From IMG/VR virus record IMGVR_UViG_3300025133_000030, positions 1 to 64,000 of that record: a stretch of DNA of 64,000 nucleotides; one strand, written 5' to 3'. This stretch comes from a virus. Of this stretch, positions 29,801-39,118 are shown piece after piece (the first letter of the stretch is position 1; each line of letters begins with the position of its first letter). The notes below the pieces were generated by a model that saw only the letters and a program-made list of their open reading frames with translations, ran no database searches and had not been told where the DNA came from. Position numbers and translations under genes: made by a program.

Positions 29801-30245
29801 AGTCGATAGACCTAGGAAAGAAAAGAACTTACTTGAAAACATCGAGAAGTATCAAGATGAGGGAGACTTCTTAGAAGAGGAAAAGATTCAGTACTTGGTA
29901 GATTTAACTGGCGTCTTTCCATTAAATTTGGTTATGAATGAACACATCAGAAGACGCTTGGACGAGTTGCGAGTCCCGCCTATCAGCGAATTTGATACTG
30001 ACTTGCAGCTTGCTTGGTTTGTGCCAAGGGAGATAATCAAAAAGAAAACCAAGAACAACAAAGATTACTACATTGTTAAGGTTATAGATAGCAACAGTGA
30101 GGTAAATTCTATTAAATGTTGGGGAGTTCGACCCGGTCAAGATAGAATACATATCAATAGGCCGTATATGGCAAGATTAGACTATGACCCCCAGTGGGGT
30201 TTTAGTACTAGACGATTACGATCAGACTTTAGACTATTAGGATAG
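26802..30245 (+). CDS. dnaE: DNA polymerase III alpha subunit (family C)
   Basis: PHP domain (LHAHS, TDHGN, GVEAY, SACLGG, ADSHY), GRGSAAGSLVAY, PDIDYD, RHAGGV, KFDILGL, IFQF, YRPGPL and YGFNKSH. Confidence 0.97.
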   Translation: MNSAKEAQKSPEIPFVGLHAHSVAGSIFDALGYPSEHMDFAYQNGMNALALTDHGNANGLAHQVLHAQKMRADGKEFKPIFGVEAYFIPSISNWRSEYDKIRQETKNKSQLVGTQSGATVEDEESSKKRIKSILNRRRHLILLAQNPTGLKNIFKLISDSYRAENYYRFPRVDYAALKRHSEGVIAASACLGGVYAGCLWENREEGPDAVLESFRKVTQKMQSIFGDRWHGELQWNNVPEQHELNNYIIQMHHEFGVPLISTADSHYYNPEAWKDRELYKRLGWLGKRPEWMSDELPVDVEEIGYELYPKNGDQMWESYKKYSKECGVEYDDNLVMDSITRTHDIAYNKIEEFSPDNEVRLPGFIVPPGATAVQTLAKLCLEGTRQLGLSGNKEYADRLKHEVSVIESRGFSKYFLTMKAISDRAAAKQLTGAGRGSAAGSLVAYVLGITQVDPIKYGLQFERFLTKGGSGYPDIDYDVADPMTLKESLIEEWGDNTVVPITNWNTLQLRSLIKDISKFYGIPFTEVNEVTGKMIYEATPLAKQEHGITSGVYNPTFEELMKYSETLKIFLRKYPDIKTHVETLYGQVRSASRHAGGVVIGENLDEWMPLINSGGVRQTPWSEGQNVRHLEPMGFIKFDILGLASLRMLEGAIRHILKRHHNINDPTFDDVKKYYEENLHPEVMDLEDEAVWKNVFHKGKWAGIFQFTEAGAQQFCKRAKPNNIIELAAITSIYRPGPLGAGVDKQFVAAKRRPRDVDYLNDVVKEVTEETFGFLIFQEQIAMLAHKLGKDLSLDEGNKLRKLLTKKGTGAVQEAKDKIFSKFLAGCLEKGVKKYEAKELWEKFEYFSGYGFNKSHAVSYCMLSYQCAWLMHYYTPEWVAAFLDKEPDTRKERAINVAKSNGFGIEALDLNTSGVVWEISEDGKTLIQPLTSVKGLGDKAIEQIIDNRPFQTAEEFLFNENIIYSKLNKKAIDVLVRSQTMNCLMDERFSGLKHFWSAVAVDRPRKEKNLLENIEKYQDEGDFLEEEKIQYLVDLTGVFPLNLVMNEHIRRRLDELRVPPISEFDTDLQLAWFVPREIIKKKTKNNKDYYIVKVIDSNSEVNSIKCWGVRPGQDRIHINRPYMARLDYDPQWGFSTRRLRSDFRLLG

Positions 30246-30248
30246 AAA

Positions 30249-30719
30249 ATGAAATTAAAAGTTTACAAAATAAGAGAAAATGCAAAATTGCCAGTCCGGG
30301 CACACCCCACTGATGCCGGAATGGATTTATTTTATTGCCCGCCAGAGAAGGAAATGCCCTTTAATAAAGAGGCAACAATAACAATCCCTCGTCATGCTGG
30401 CGCTTTGATTCCAACCGGCCTTAAAATAGAAGTACCAGAAGGGTACATGCTAGAAATAAAGAACAAGTCCGGCGTTGCAACAAAGAAGAGCCTTGTCACT
30501 GGTGCTTGTGTTGTCGACAATGGATATGATGGAGAAATCTTCGTAAACCTGAATAACATAGGCGGCCAAGTCCAAAGGATCGCAGCAGGACAAAAGATCG
30601 CACAAGCAGTGCTGGTTCCAATTGTTACTTGCGACATCGAAGAAATAGACAACGACGCGATATACAGTGAAGTCACTTCTCGTGGTTCGGGTGGCTTCGG
30701 CTCATCTGGTGATTTCTAA
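30249..30719 (+). CDS. dut: dUTPase (trimeric)
   Basis: DAGMDL, IPTGL, KSG, VVDNGYDGE, IAQ and RGSGGFGSSG. Confidence 0.95.
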   Translation: MKLKVYKIRENAKLPVRAHPTDAGMDLFYCPPEKEMPFNKEATITIPRHAGALIPTGLKIEVPEGYMLEIKNKSGVATKKSLVTGACVVDNGYDGEIFVNLNNIGGQVQRIAAGQKIAQAVLVPIVTCDIEEIDNDAIYSEVTSRGSGGFGSSGDF

Positions 30720-30979
30720 TGGCTTCCATGGAAAGAAAACTGCGAAGAAAGAAAAAGAAGGCAGCCGAAAAGGATATGGCAGAAAAAATTGGCCTATTTG
30801 ACAAGATACCTCAAGAGTGTAACGCCTGTGAGACGCCCTTTGATAAAACAAGTAAAGAAATGGTCTCAACTTGGAGAGTCGTAGTCAGAGAAAAAGAAGA
30901 AATTGTGCGGCTATATTGCCCAAGTTGTTGGGATACTGCAACGAAAATATTAAAAGACGTGGAGCAGAATGATGTTTAA
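30719..30979 (+). CDS. Small zinc-ribbon protein
   Basis: CNAC...CPSC with a basic N-terminus. Confidence 0.65.
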   Translation: MASMERKLRRKKKKAAEKDMAEKIGLFDKIPQECNACETPFDKTSKEMVSTWRVVVREKEEIVRLYCPSCWDTATKILKDVEQNDV

Positions 30980-31982
30980 TAATACATATTGTTTCGACGA
31001 CGTATTGTTGGTACCAAGAGATAGTGATATTGAATCTAGATCAAGTATTGACATCGGCGCAACCATCGGCCCACATAATTTTTCGTTACCTATTATTTCC
31101 AGCCCTATGGATACCGTTACTGAGTCTGATATGGTGAAGGCAATGCACGCCCATGGCGGCCTAGGTATTATTCATCGATATAACACCATAGAGGAGCAGT
31201 GCAAGCTGGTGAGATCATCAGCGAATGCAACGGTTGCAGCTGCGATAGGGGTTTCATCCGATTTTCTCGACCGGGCCCGAGCCATTCGAGATGCCGGAGC
31301 AGATATCGTCTGCATTGATGTTGCTCATGGTCATCACACCTTAACAGAGAAGGCCATAAAGTCTATCAAAGATGCTTTTGGGGAATCTGTGACCGTGATA
31401 GCTGGTAACGTAGCTACGCCCGAGGCATTTAGGGATTTGTCTGATTGGGGTGCTGACGCAATCCGGGTTGGCATTGGAGGAGGTTCTATATGTTCAACGA
31501 GAATTCAGACCGGCCATGGGGTCCCGACATTTCATTCGGTACTTTCATGTGCATATTCCGAAGGCTCAGCGAAGCTGATAGCTGACGGAGGAATTAAGAC
31601 TGCCGGAGATATAGTAAAAGCCATCGCCGCCGGCGCAGACTTTGTGATGTTGGGCTCAATGTTGGCTGGAACTGACGAAACGCCTGCAGAGATGTATACA
31701 TCTTCAGAGGGTAAAAGGTACAAGGTATATCGCGGCATGGCCAGTCAAGAGGCACAAGTAGCTTGGAGGGGCGAATCAAGATCCTTAGAAGGGGTATCGA
31801 CCACTATCCCCTACAAAGGTCCAGTCTCAATTATAATCGACAAGCTTGAAAGAAACATAAAGAGCGGTTTCTCGTACTCCGGCGCTAAAACCCAAGATGA
31901 GCTAAGAGCCCGGGCTAAGTTTATAGTTCAGTCCTCTTCTGCACAGTCTGAGAGCGGGACTCATATTCTAAATGTCAGATAA
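30969..31982 (+). CDS. IMP dehydrogenase / GMP reductase family protein (no CBS domain)
   Basis: [26 protein letters not shown], catalytic [18 protein letters not shown] and YRGMAS. GuaB versus GuaC is not resolved. Confidence 0.92.
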   Translation: MMFNNTYCFDDVLLVPRDSDIESRSSIDIGATIGPHNFSLPIISSPMDTVTESDMVKAMHAHGGLGIIHRYNTIEEQCKLVRSSANATVAAAIGVSSDFLDRARAIRDAGADIVCIDVAHGHHTLTEKAIKSIKDAFGESVTVIAGNVATPEAFRDLSDWGADAIRVGIGGGSICSTRIQTGHGVPTFHSVLSCAYSEGSAKLIADGGIKTAGDIVKAIAAGADFVMLGSMLAGTDETPAEMYTSSEGKRYKVYRGMASQEAQVAWRGESRSLEGVSTTIPYKGPVSIIIDKLERNIKSGFSYSGAKTQDELRARAKFIVQSSSAQSESGTHILNVR

Positions 31983-32319
31983 AAAACAAATATACTCGTA
32001 TGGGTCAGAAGGAAAAAGCATAATGTTTCAAGACTCTGACAAGCGCCACGCAGACTTGAGAATAAGGTTGAGACACGACGGCTTGACTCAAGTGCAGTTT
32101 TTTCGAGGCATGGTCAGCGGGTACCTAGAGAGTGATCCAAGAATAATTGATTTTATCACTGGACTCAAAATAGAGCTGGCCAAGCAGGGCAAAAATAAGA
32201 TTAAAAAGACATCAAACTTGATAAAGTCTGGAGAAGAAAACAAAAGACTATTTTCGTTTTCCAAGGAAGAGGAAGAAGACTTGTTTGACATGATAGCAAA
32301 GGAATTTCCAGATTTATGA
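31972..32319 (+). CDS. Hypothetical protein, possibly ribbon-helix-helix-like
   Basis: 115 aa, coupled to both neighbours. Confidence 0.55.
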   Translation: MSDKKQIYSYGSEGKSIMFQDSDKRHADLRIRLRHDGLTQVQFFRGMVSGYLESDPRIIDFITGLKIELAKQGKNKIKKTSNLIKSGEENKRLFSFSKEEEEDLFDMIAKEFPDL

Positions 32320-32546
32320 AAAAATGTTGTAGTGAATGCGTACTATCTAACTCTGCTTGCGAACAGAGAGAGTGCAGAATGTGGATAGACTTCGCAGAAG
32401 ATAATAATTGTAGTTTGATTTCCATAGAGAAACATGGTCCAATGACATTGATGCAGATTGGAGAAAGATTAAACTTAAGTTTTGTGAGAATAAAACAGAT
32501 CGAGGATGGACTGATATCAAAGTTGTCTAGGAACTTTGCTAAATAA
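32316..32546 (+). CDS. Stand-alone sigma70 region-4-like HTH protein with a Cys-rich N-terminus
   Basis: GPMTLMQIGERLNLSFVRIKQIED resembles RpoD region 4.2 (TLEEVG..F.VTRERIRQIE). N-terminal CCxxC...C...C. Confidence 0.75.
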   Translation: MKKCCSECVLSNSACEQRECRMWIDFAEDNNCSLISIEKHGPMTLMQIGERLNLSFVRIKQIEDGLISKLSRNFAK

Positions 32547-32658
32547 TGTCCTTTTTAGTGATAAACCGACTATTTATCTAAGAACTGGTATGAAATTTAT
32601 TAGTTCAAGTTTTTCGAAAAACTTGTTATAATTTTAGGAAACGTTAGGAGAAACCAAA

Positions 32659-33324
32659 ATGAGCAAGAAGGATAACCAGAAGGCCCTATTAAACGAGGCC
32701 ACAATTCGCAGATTTTTGAAGCTAGCCGCAGTGGACTGCATCAATTCTGATCGAATCAATGAAATATCAACCGTGGAGGAAGACGCAGACACCACCGAAG
32801 TTAACGAAGAAGAGATCGAAGAGGGCATGGGAATGCACGATCCGGTTTATGATCGCGACGACGACATGTCTGAAGAAGAACCCGCCATGGACGCTGCACC
32901 AGAAGGCGACATGGACATGGATATGGACGCAGAGCCTGAACCCGAGATTGATCTCGATATGGATGCCGCTCCGGAAGCTGAAGCTTCTCCTGAGTTGGAG
33001 AATGCTGCAGAAGAGCTTCTCGGCATGATTGTCGATTTCTTTAAAGAGCGAGGCGTACAGGCCTCAATGGAATCTGAAGATGCACCGGCACCTGATGATA
33101 CACCTGCTCCAGATCTTGATTCTGATGAAGAAGTCCCCGTCGCAGACGAAGAAGACGTCATGGAGTCCGTCGTCGACGAAGAAATTGAAGAGTCCACAGA
33201 TAATGAGGAGACTATTCAAGAAGACGAAGCAGACGTCAACGAAGACACGAGAGAAGAAATTGTCGCAGAAGTTGCCAGAAGAGTGACAAAGCGCCTCTTA
33301 AATCTTGCTAGTATTAAAAAGTAA
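32659..33324 (+). CDS. Highly acidic low-complexity protein (possible prohead scaffold or internal virion protein)
   Basis: D/E/M/P-rich core, LLNEATIRRFLKLA N-terminus, preceded by the ACTATTTA motif and an AGGAG RBS. Confidence 0.6.
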   Translation: MSKKDNQKALLNEATIRRFLKLAAVDCINSDRINEISTVEEDADTTEVNEEEIEEGMGMHDPVYDRDDDMSEEEPAMDAAPEGDMDMDMDAEPEPEIDLDMDAAPEAEASPELENAAEELLGMIVDFFKERGVQASMESEDAPAPDDTPAPDLDSDEEVPVADEEDVMESVVDEEIEESTDNEETIQEDEADVNEDTREEIVAEVARRVTKRLLNLASIKK

Positions 33325-33326
33325 AA

Positions 33327-33361
33327 AATCTGATTAAAATACTTGCCATTTTAATCAGATT
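33327..33361. promoter_or_regulatory. 14-bp perfect inverted repeat enclosing a -35 box (TTGCCA-17-TAACAT)
   Basis: AATCTGATTAAAAT-ACTTGCC-ATTTTAATCAGATT. Confidence 0.55.
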
Positions 33362-33378
33362 AGGGTAACATATTTATT

Positions 33379-33747
33379 ATGTTTGAAAATGGTTTATGGT
33401 TTTTCCTAGGCGCCGTCGTCTATGCTCTCTCTTCACGAGTCCTGAACATAGGCCACGGCGTTTACATCTTTATGGAGCTTGAGAGAGCTATCTTAGGAAT
33501 TCTTTTGGCACTGGATACAGACATGGCGCAAGCCATTCGGATTAAGCAACGCGCTTATCGGGAATCCGACTTACCAGAAGAGATAATAAAGAAGATGGAA
33601 GCTCTTGATGAAGCGGTAGTTAAGAACTGGAGAGACTTAGTAATATCTAAGATGATCTTGACTTCTCCTAAATCATTTTTGAGATTTTATCGGTACGAAA
33701 ATTGGTCTCAAGCGCTTGAGGTCTTAAAAAGAAGGGAGAAAAGATGA
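33379..33747 (+). CDS. Hypothetical membrane-anchored protein
   Basis: Hydrophobic N-terminus, 122 aa. Confidence 0.6.
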   Translation: MFENGLWFFLGAVVYALSSRVLNIGHGVYIFMELERAILGILLALDTDMAQAIRIKQRAYRESDLPEEIIKKMEALDEAVVKNWRDLVISKMILTSPKSFLRFYRYENWSQALEVLKRREKR

Positions 33748-34040
33748 AGGGCTTCGCGTGGTTTAGAAAACTAAATGTTGGGGACGACAAAGATCCCCTT
33801 ATGTATACCGTGCAGATAGCTGGTATAAGTAAATCTTCCTTGAGGAGATTGAAGAAAGAATTTAAAGGGTGGAAGCAGATCGGCGAAGGAGTAGACACGA
33901 GTAGTAACGAGTTTATAACTTTGTGGACAAGATCATTTGAAGATAAGTCTTCGTGGGTCTCATTTGCTAAGGGATTGCAATTCGAAGTTGTTGAGTTAAC
34001 CCCCAAAGGAAATAAGGTAACGATATCAAATGGAAAATAA
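33744..34040 (+). CDS. Hypothetical protein
   Basis: 98 aa with an ATGA overlap. Confidence 0.6.
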   Translation: MKGFAWFRKLNVGDDKDPLMYTVQIAGISKSSLRRLKKEFKGWKQIGEGVDTSSNEFITLWTRSFEDKSSWVSFAKGLQFEVVELTPKGNKVTISNGK

Positions 34041-34758
34041 TAACGGGACTCCCGATCCAAAAGAGCCTGAACTAGACCAAGAGAGCGAGGAATCAGAAGA
34101 ATCCCTAGATCAAAAAGATGATGGGCTCTTTATGGCAGAGGATGATAACCGCATCCTTATAATCAACAATATCGAGCCACCACGGGATGAGAAATTTTCA
34201 TTTCGAGTCATAAATCTTTATGGAGATGTAACAGAGCATACCAGTGCCGACGTTGTGAGCGCATTGATGTATTTTAAAGAAACGGGCAAAAAGCAAGTTT
34301 ACGTTGATCCTGAAGACCCGGAGTCAGAAATAGTCACCGTACACGATCCAATTGAAATGATAGTGTCCACACACGGCGGTCATGCCGCTGATATGTTCTC
34401 TATCTACGATACAATGAGGATGGTGAGACAAGAATATGACATTTCCACAGTAGGTTTGGGAAAGGTTATGTCTGCAGGTGTCCTTCTCCTCGCAGCCGGA
34501 ACAAAAGGGAAAAGAAAGATAGGCAGAAATTGCAGAGTAATGATCCACAGTGTTATGGGTGGCTACCATGGCTCCCTTCCACACATGGAAAATGAAATCG
34601 CAGAAGTCCGATGGATCCAGAGTCAATACGTCAAAAATTTGGCACAAGAGACAAACATGGACGAGAAAAAGATAAAAAGCCTACTAAAGAAAAAAGTAGA
34701 TGTTTATTTGTCAGCTGAAGAAGCCGTAGATCTTGGTCTGGCTGATGAGATAATTTGA
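34030..34758 (+). CDS. clpP: ClpP-like serine protease subunit
   Basis: STHGG, GLGKVMSAG (catalytic Ser), RVMIHS (His) and DVYLSAEEAVDLGLADEI. Confidence 0.9.
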   Translation: MENNNGTPDPKEPELDQESEESEESLDQKDDGLFMAEDDNRILIINNIEPPRDEKFSFRVINLYGDVTEHTSADVVSALMYFKETGKKQVYVDPEDPESEIVTVHDPIEMIVSTHGGHAADMFSIYDTMRMVRQEYDISTVGLGKVMSAGVLLLAAGTKGKRKIGRNCRVMIHSVMGGYHGSLPHMENEIAEVRWIQSQYVKNLAQETNMDEKKIKSLLKKKVDVYLSAEEAVDLGLADEII

Positions 34759-34776
34759 TAGCAAGGAAAGACAGTT

Positions 34777-36684
34777 ATGTTTGATAAGATGGTAGAGAAT
34801 TTTTTAAGAAAGGATAGCGAGGAAAACATACTCAGCCTTGATGGCTTATATCGGGCTATAAGTGAGGCCTTGGAGACAGACATCTTCAAGACTGTTGATT
34901 CTAAGCTACTAAAAGAGAGAAGGTTGTTTGTCGAAGATAAGCAGAACTACACCTTCACCTTGCAGGCCATACCAGAAATATCAGTGACAGAACTTGGATG
35001 GACCAATATCGTTGGATCGGAAGGCGGTGAGCAAATCGCAGGACCTGAAAGACAGAGGCTGATGCAGTTCCTTCAGAATATTAAGGGCGGCGACTTTGTA
35101 GCAAAGATTCAATCTCTTTCTCAGTTTTATGAAGATCCGGATGCTGCCATGGCACAAATGTTTCAAGATAACCCAAACGCGTCAACGGCAGAAAGAATTG
35201 CCGTCGCGCTGTCGTATTTGGTTTTCTTCAAGACACTGACAAAAGTAATATCAAACTTTAATGCCGCCTCAGCGGGCTTTAACTTTGAGTCATTTCTGGC
35301 TGTTCTGGTAAACGGTGAACAAGTAAAAGCAAACACAGGTACCATCGCAGACTTTATCAGCCGCGCCGATGGCACTAATATGCCTGTCAGTCTTAAATTG
35401 TATCAGGAAAAGAAGCTGCACGTCGGTGGCAGCTTTACTGACTTGGTAGGAGACCTAGTCAATCCTCAGTTCGACCATGCTTTGATGCGATATTTGGCTG
35501 TGACAAAAGAATTCGAAGGGGGAAAGAAAGAAGGCCTAGATATCAATGGTGTACTCAGGTGGTACAGGTTTGACTTCACTCTTGATAATGTGTTCGACAT
35601 CCTTGCAAGATCATCCTTAAAGTCTAAGAAGTGTGTCATGCTCCCAGTCGATTATATCTCGGGAAGAGTGGAAGATTTCGAAGCTACCCTGCCCGGATCG
35701 GCAATACCATCTCCAGAGAAGATGGAGCAAGTTTTCATTAATGCATTCCGAGCCGAACTTGAAGCAATGAATGATCGCCATCGAAATCGACCCGATATGC
35801 AAATTGATGAAGAGGGTATGGATGTCATAACAAAGAATTTGAATTGGTCAAAAAATGATGATATATTTCTCCTATATGATCCGAATCCAGCGTTGAAAAA
35901 AGGTGAAGAACGCGACGAAGATTTTGACCTGCAGCCTCTTTATGTCTCTAGAGGTAATTCAAAGATGCCCGGATCCGGAGCAAAACTAAAGAAAATAGCA
36001 GAAATAGTCCTCACAAGCCTGTCACAACTTAAGGCTGACGACGGATCCCCCAGATATGATATGGATGCCCCAGAGATAAATAAAATCGTCACAGGCTCAA
36101 ACGCAGGCCTCGCAATGAGGATTGCATATGCTATTGTTAGGGCCAACAACGGAACAACAGTGGCAGGTCAACCCCCTGCAGCGGGCAAATCCAGTGTTAT
36201 GAGTATGTACTCTAGATCAGTGTTAAAGGACGAGAGAACCCAGAAGCTCAATCAACCCGGCGTGTTTGCGTCAGTAGAAGATTCTGTTAGTTTTTACAAC
36301 CAACTTGATGAAGACGGCAAAAAAAGAGCACTTGTGCAGTCCTATGGTTATCTGACTACAGAGCAGTTCAACCTAAATCAGTCCGCTGTTGCACAGGTGC
36401 ATGCTTTTTCTGATAAGAGGATCCTACCAAAGGGCCAATCAGAGGCACTGTTTGGTAGAATTTTGGTCGGTGCAGACAACACTCAAAACATGTTGAATAA
36501 AATGACTTCTATCTTGAATGAGTCAATTTTTGACATATTCATGAATGTAAAAAACGTCCAAGATAACACATACGCCTATATTGCAGGTGGTATGAAAGAG
36601 GATTCAAAGGCTGACGAGGCCATTACTGCCTCAAGTTCTATCATTTCCAAGACAATGGAATTAAAAACTTCAAAATCTAAATAA
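34777..36684 (+). CDS. Hypothetical protein (635 aa), possible PD-(D/E)xK-like segment
   Basis: AGFNFESFLAVL...IADF...VSLKL resembles a restriction-like nuclease core; weak call. Confidence 0.55.
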   Translation: MFDKMVENFLRKDSEENILSLDGLYRAISEALETDIFKTVDSKLLKERRLFVEDKQNYTFTLQAIPEISVTELGWTNIVGSEGGEQIAGPERQRLMQFLQNIKGGDFVAKIQSLSQFYEDPDAAMAQMFQDNPNASTAERIAVALSYLVFFKTLTKVISNFNAASAGFNFESFLAVLVNGEQVKANTGTIADFISRADGTNMPVSLKLYQEKKLHVGGSFTDLVGDLVNPQFDHALMRYLAVTKEFEGGKKEGLDINGVLRWYRFDFTLDNVFDILARSSLKSKKCVMLPVDYISGRVEDFEATLPGSAIPSPEKMEQVFINAFRAELEAMNDRHRNRPDMQIDEEGMDVITKNLNWSKNDDIFLLYDPNPALKKGEERDEDFDLQPLYVSRGNSKMPGSGAKLKKIAEIVLTSLSQLKADDGSPRYDMDAPEINKIVTGSNAGLAMRIAYAIVRANNGTTVAGQPPAAGKSSVMSMYSRSVLKDERTQKLNQPGVFASVEDSVSFYNQLDEDGKKRALVQSYGYLTTEQFNLNQSAVAQVHAFSDKRILPKGQSEALFGRILVGADNTQNMLNKMTSILNESIFDIFMNVKNVQDNTYAYIAGGMKEDSKADEAITASSSIISKTMELKTSKSK

Positions 36685-36689
36685 ACTAC

Positions 36690-36717
36690 TTGACATTTGG
36701 TCAAAATGTCTTATAAT
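36690..36717 (+). promoter_or_regulatory. Sigma70-type promoter TTGACA-16-TATAAT for groEL, overlapped by the palindrome GACATTT-N5-AAATGTC
   Basis: Seen directly in intergenic DNA. Confidence 0.65.
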
Positions 36718-36750
36718 ATATAATATACACTTGAAAAAGAGAGGGTCTTC

Positions 36751-38322
36751 ATGACTAAGGAACTTAACTCTGGCGCAGACCTGCGTCAATTAATTGTCGA
36801 TGGCGTCAATATTTTGGCGGACAATGTCGCTACAACTCTCGGCCCAAAGGGTCGTAATGTCATTATTCAAACCACTAATGGCAACCCAATCATTACCAAG
36901 GACGGAGTAACTGTTGCTCAGTTTTTGGACTTGGAAAACCCGTTCAAGAACGCGGCGGTGCAAGTAGTAAAGCAAGCTTCGGCACAGACAAATTCTGATG
37001 CAGGCGATGGCACTACAACTTCTACAGTTTTGTCTCGTGCACTGCTCTTAGAGGCCCAAGAACACCTCTCTAACGGAGCCTGCCCTGTAGATCTGAAGCG
37101 AGGCATGGATTTGGTTACATCTGCTGTTGTGGAGGATTTAAAGTCTAATTCTCGCCCGGTCATGAGCGAAGAAGATGTACGCCATATTGCAACAATTTCT
37201 GCAAATGGAGACGAAACCATAGGGACTTTAGTTTCGACAGCCGCAGACCGCGTCGGAAAGAACGGCTCAATTACAATTGAGGAGGCTAGATCTAATGACA
37301 CTACACTGGATTTAGTTGAGGGTTTTCGTCTAGACTCCGGGTATGCTGCTAACGCATTTATTACCGACGAGAGAAGAGGTGTGGTCAAATATGAGGATCC
37401 TATGTTCTTGATTACTGATAGTAAGATTGAAACAGTTGATCAGATTCTACCATCTCTTGAGATCGCAGCAAGAGAATCCAGACCGTTTATCATAGTTGCA
37501 GACGAAATCGAAGGCCAAGCCTTGGCTGCGCTAATTATGAACGCAGTACGGGGCACTATGAAAGTTGCAGCAGTCAAGTCTCCTCGTTATGGAGAGGAGA
37601 GGCGCGGTATCATGAGTGACCTAGCGTTGGCAACCGGGGCATCTTATATTACAAAAGAATCAGACCTAGACCTAAAGACAGTCAAAATGTCAGATTTTGG
37701 ATCTGCAAAATCAATTGAGATTGGCAAGAGAATGACAACAATTGTCGATGGTTCCTCGAACTCTGATCAACTTGACGAAAGAATTCAAACAATCAAAGCC
37801 CAGATCGAGCAAACTGAATCAATCCATGAGTGTGAGAGAATGCAGGAGCGAATCACTCGGTTAGCTTCAGGCGTCGCGGTGATCCGCGTCGGTGCCCCAA
37901 CCGAGATTGAAATGATCGAGAAGAAACACAGGATCGAAGACGCCCTAGAGGCAGTGAGGTCCGCTCAGATGGAGGGTATTGTCCCCGGAGGTGGTCTAGC
38001 TCTTTATAGAACAAGAGACCAGCTAAAAGTCTCAACTAAGAATGAGGATCAAGATAGGGGCGTCGAGATTGTCTTAAATTCTTTGAGCGCACCCATCGAA
38101 CAGATGGCAAAGAACGCTGGATTTGATGTGGCATCGACCTTGAGCCAAATCGATACAAGTGCAGATGATTTTGGGTTAGATTTTTCCACAGGAGATATTG
38201 TAAATATGCATGAAGCAGGCATCATAGATCCGGTGAAGGTAACCCGTTGCGCACTTCAGAATGCGGTGTCCGTAGTCGGAACTCTGATTACAACTGATTA
38301 TGCCATTATTCAAACGGAATGA
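36751..38322 (+). CDS. groL: Chaperonin GroEL
   Basis: TLGPKGRNV, ITKDGVTVA, AGDGTTT, ATISANGD, GIVPGGG and GIIDP.KV. Confidence 0.97.
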   Translation: MTKELNSGADLRQLIVDGVNILADNVATTLGPKGRNVIIQTTNGNPIITKDGVTVAQFLDLENPFKNAAVQVVKQASAQTNSDAGDGTTTSTVLSRALLLEAQEHLSNGACPVDLKRGMDLVTSAVVEDLKSNSRPVMSEEDVRHIATISANGDETIGTLVSTAADRVGKNGSITIEEARSNDTTLDLVEGFRLDSGYAANAFITDERRGVVKYEDPMFLITDSKIETVDQILPSLEIAARESRPFIIVADEIEGQALAALIMNAVRGTMKVAAVKSPRYGEERRGIMSDLALATGASYITKESDLDLKTVKMSDFGSAKSIEIGKRMTTIVDGSSNSDQLDERIQTIKAQIEQTESIHECERMQERITRLASGVAVIRVGAPTEIEMIEKKHRIEDALEAVRSAQMEGIVPGGGLALYRTRDQLKVSTKNEDQDRGVEIVLNSLSAPIEQMAKNAGFDVASTLSQIDTSADDFGLDFSTGDIVNMHEAGIIDPVKVTRCALQNAVSVVGTLITTDYAIIQTE

Positions 38323-38371
38323 ATTGTTGGACACTATTTATAATTATTCCATAGAATAGGAGATAATCCGA

Positions 38372-38641
38372 ATGAGTGATAATAGGCCAGATCCGATAAT
38401 GTCACTAGACGTTAAGCTTGATAAACTATGCAACGGCGTCGACCTAGTCAAAGATAGCCAAAAACTTATGGCTGATGACATAGCAAAAATAAAAGAAGCA
38501 GTGTATAATCCAGACGAAGGTTTGTATGCACGTATTCGGGCTCTTGAAGCTTGGAAAGCAACCTCTTCAAAGATGATATGGACGCTGTTTACTGCTCTTA
38601 TTGGCCTAGCCATGGCTTTCATTTTGAAGCTTTTTCCTTGA
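38372..38641 (+). CDS. Coiled-coil protein with a C-terminal TM helix (holin- or XhlA-like)
   Basis: 89 aa with a single C-terminal hydrophobic helix, preceded by the ACTATTTA motif. Confidence 0.5.
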   Translation: MSDNRPDPIMSLDVKLDKLCNGVDLVKDSQKLMADDIAKIKEAVYNPDEGLYARIRALEAWKATSSKMIWTLFTALIGLAMAFILKLFP

Positions 38642-38666
38642 CATTTTATACATTATTTGGTATATT
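38638..38666 (+). promoter_or_regulatory. Sigma70-type promoter TTGACA-17-TATATT
   Basis: Consensus spacing. Confidence 0.65.
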
Positions 38667-38686
38667 TAATTATAAGGTAGGCGAAT

Positions 38687-39115
38687 TTGGAAAAAGAATG
38701 GGCTAAAAATTGCATGAAAAAGATAGAGAATTATCTCTTTCATCAACATAATGTAGAAGTTGAATATGGGAGAGGCTTTAGCGATTGTTATTTTCAGGGC
38801 CTTTCTCTAATAGAAATAAACTCCTGTCAAAACTTAACAAGCCGACTTCATTCCTTGTTACATGAAGCTGGTCATGTGCTCATTAGAGACACTGAAATAA
38901 TTGGAGTACCGTTTCACAAGTCATTTCCTTCAATGAAATTACAGGGTAGTTTCGTGAGAGGCAACGAGAAACATCGAGTAGATGTTCTTCGGGAAGAGGT
39001 GCTGGCTTGGGAACAAGGCAGGAATCTAGCTACATGCTTGGATATAAATATAGATGAAAAGATTTGGGCTCGACACCGACACGATAGCCTCTTGTCTTAC
39101 GCTCGGTGGGTTTAA
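38687..39115 (+). CDS. HExxH zinc metallopeptidase-like protein (ImmA/IrrE-like)
   Basis: LLHEAGH...EEVLAW. Confidence 0.65.
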   Translation: MEKEWAKNCMKKIENYLFHQHNVEVEYGRGFSDCYFQGLSLIEINSCQNLTSRLHSLLHEAGHVLIRDTEIIGVPFHKSFPSMKLQGSFVRGNEKHRVDVLREEVLAWEQGRNLATCLDINIDEKIWARHRHDSLLSYARWV

Positions 39116-39118
39116 GTT

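Noticed and set aside
19588-30245. Inteins or introns in nrdJ, dnaE or neighbouring genes
   Set aside because: The ORFs are uninterrupted and of ordinary length, with no intein boundary or LAGLIDADG motifs seen.
36692-36710. CIRCE element upstream of groEL
   Set aside because: The palindrome does not match TTAGCACTC-N9-GAGTGCTAA.
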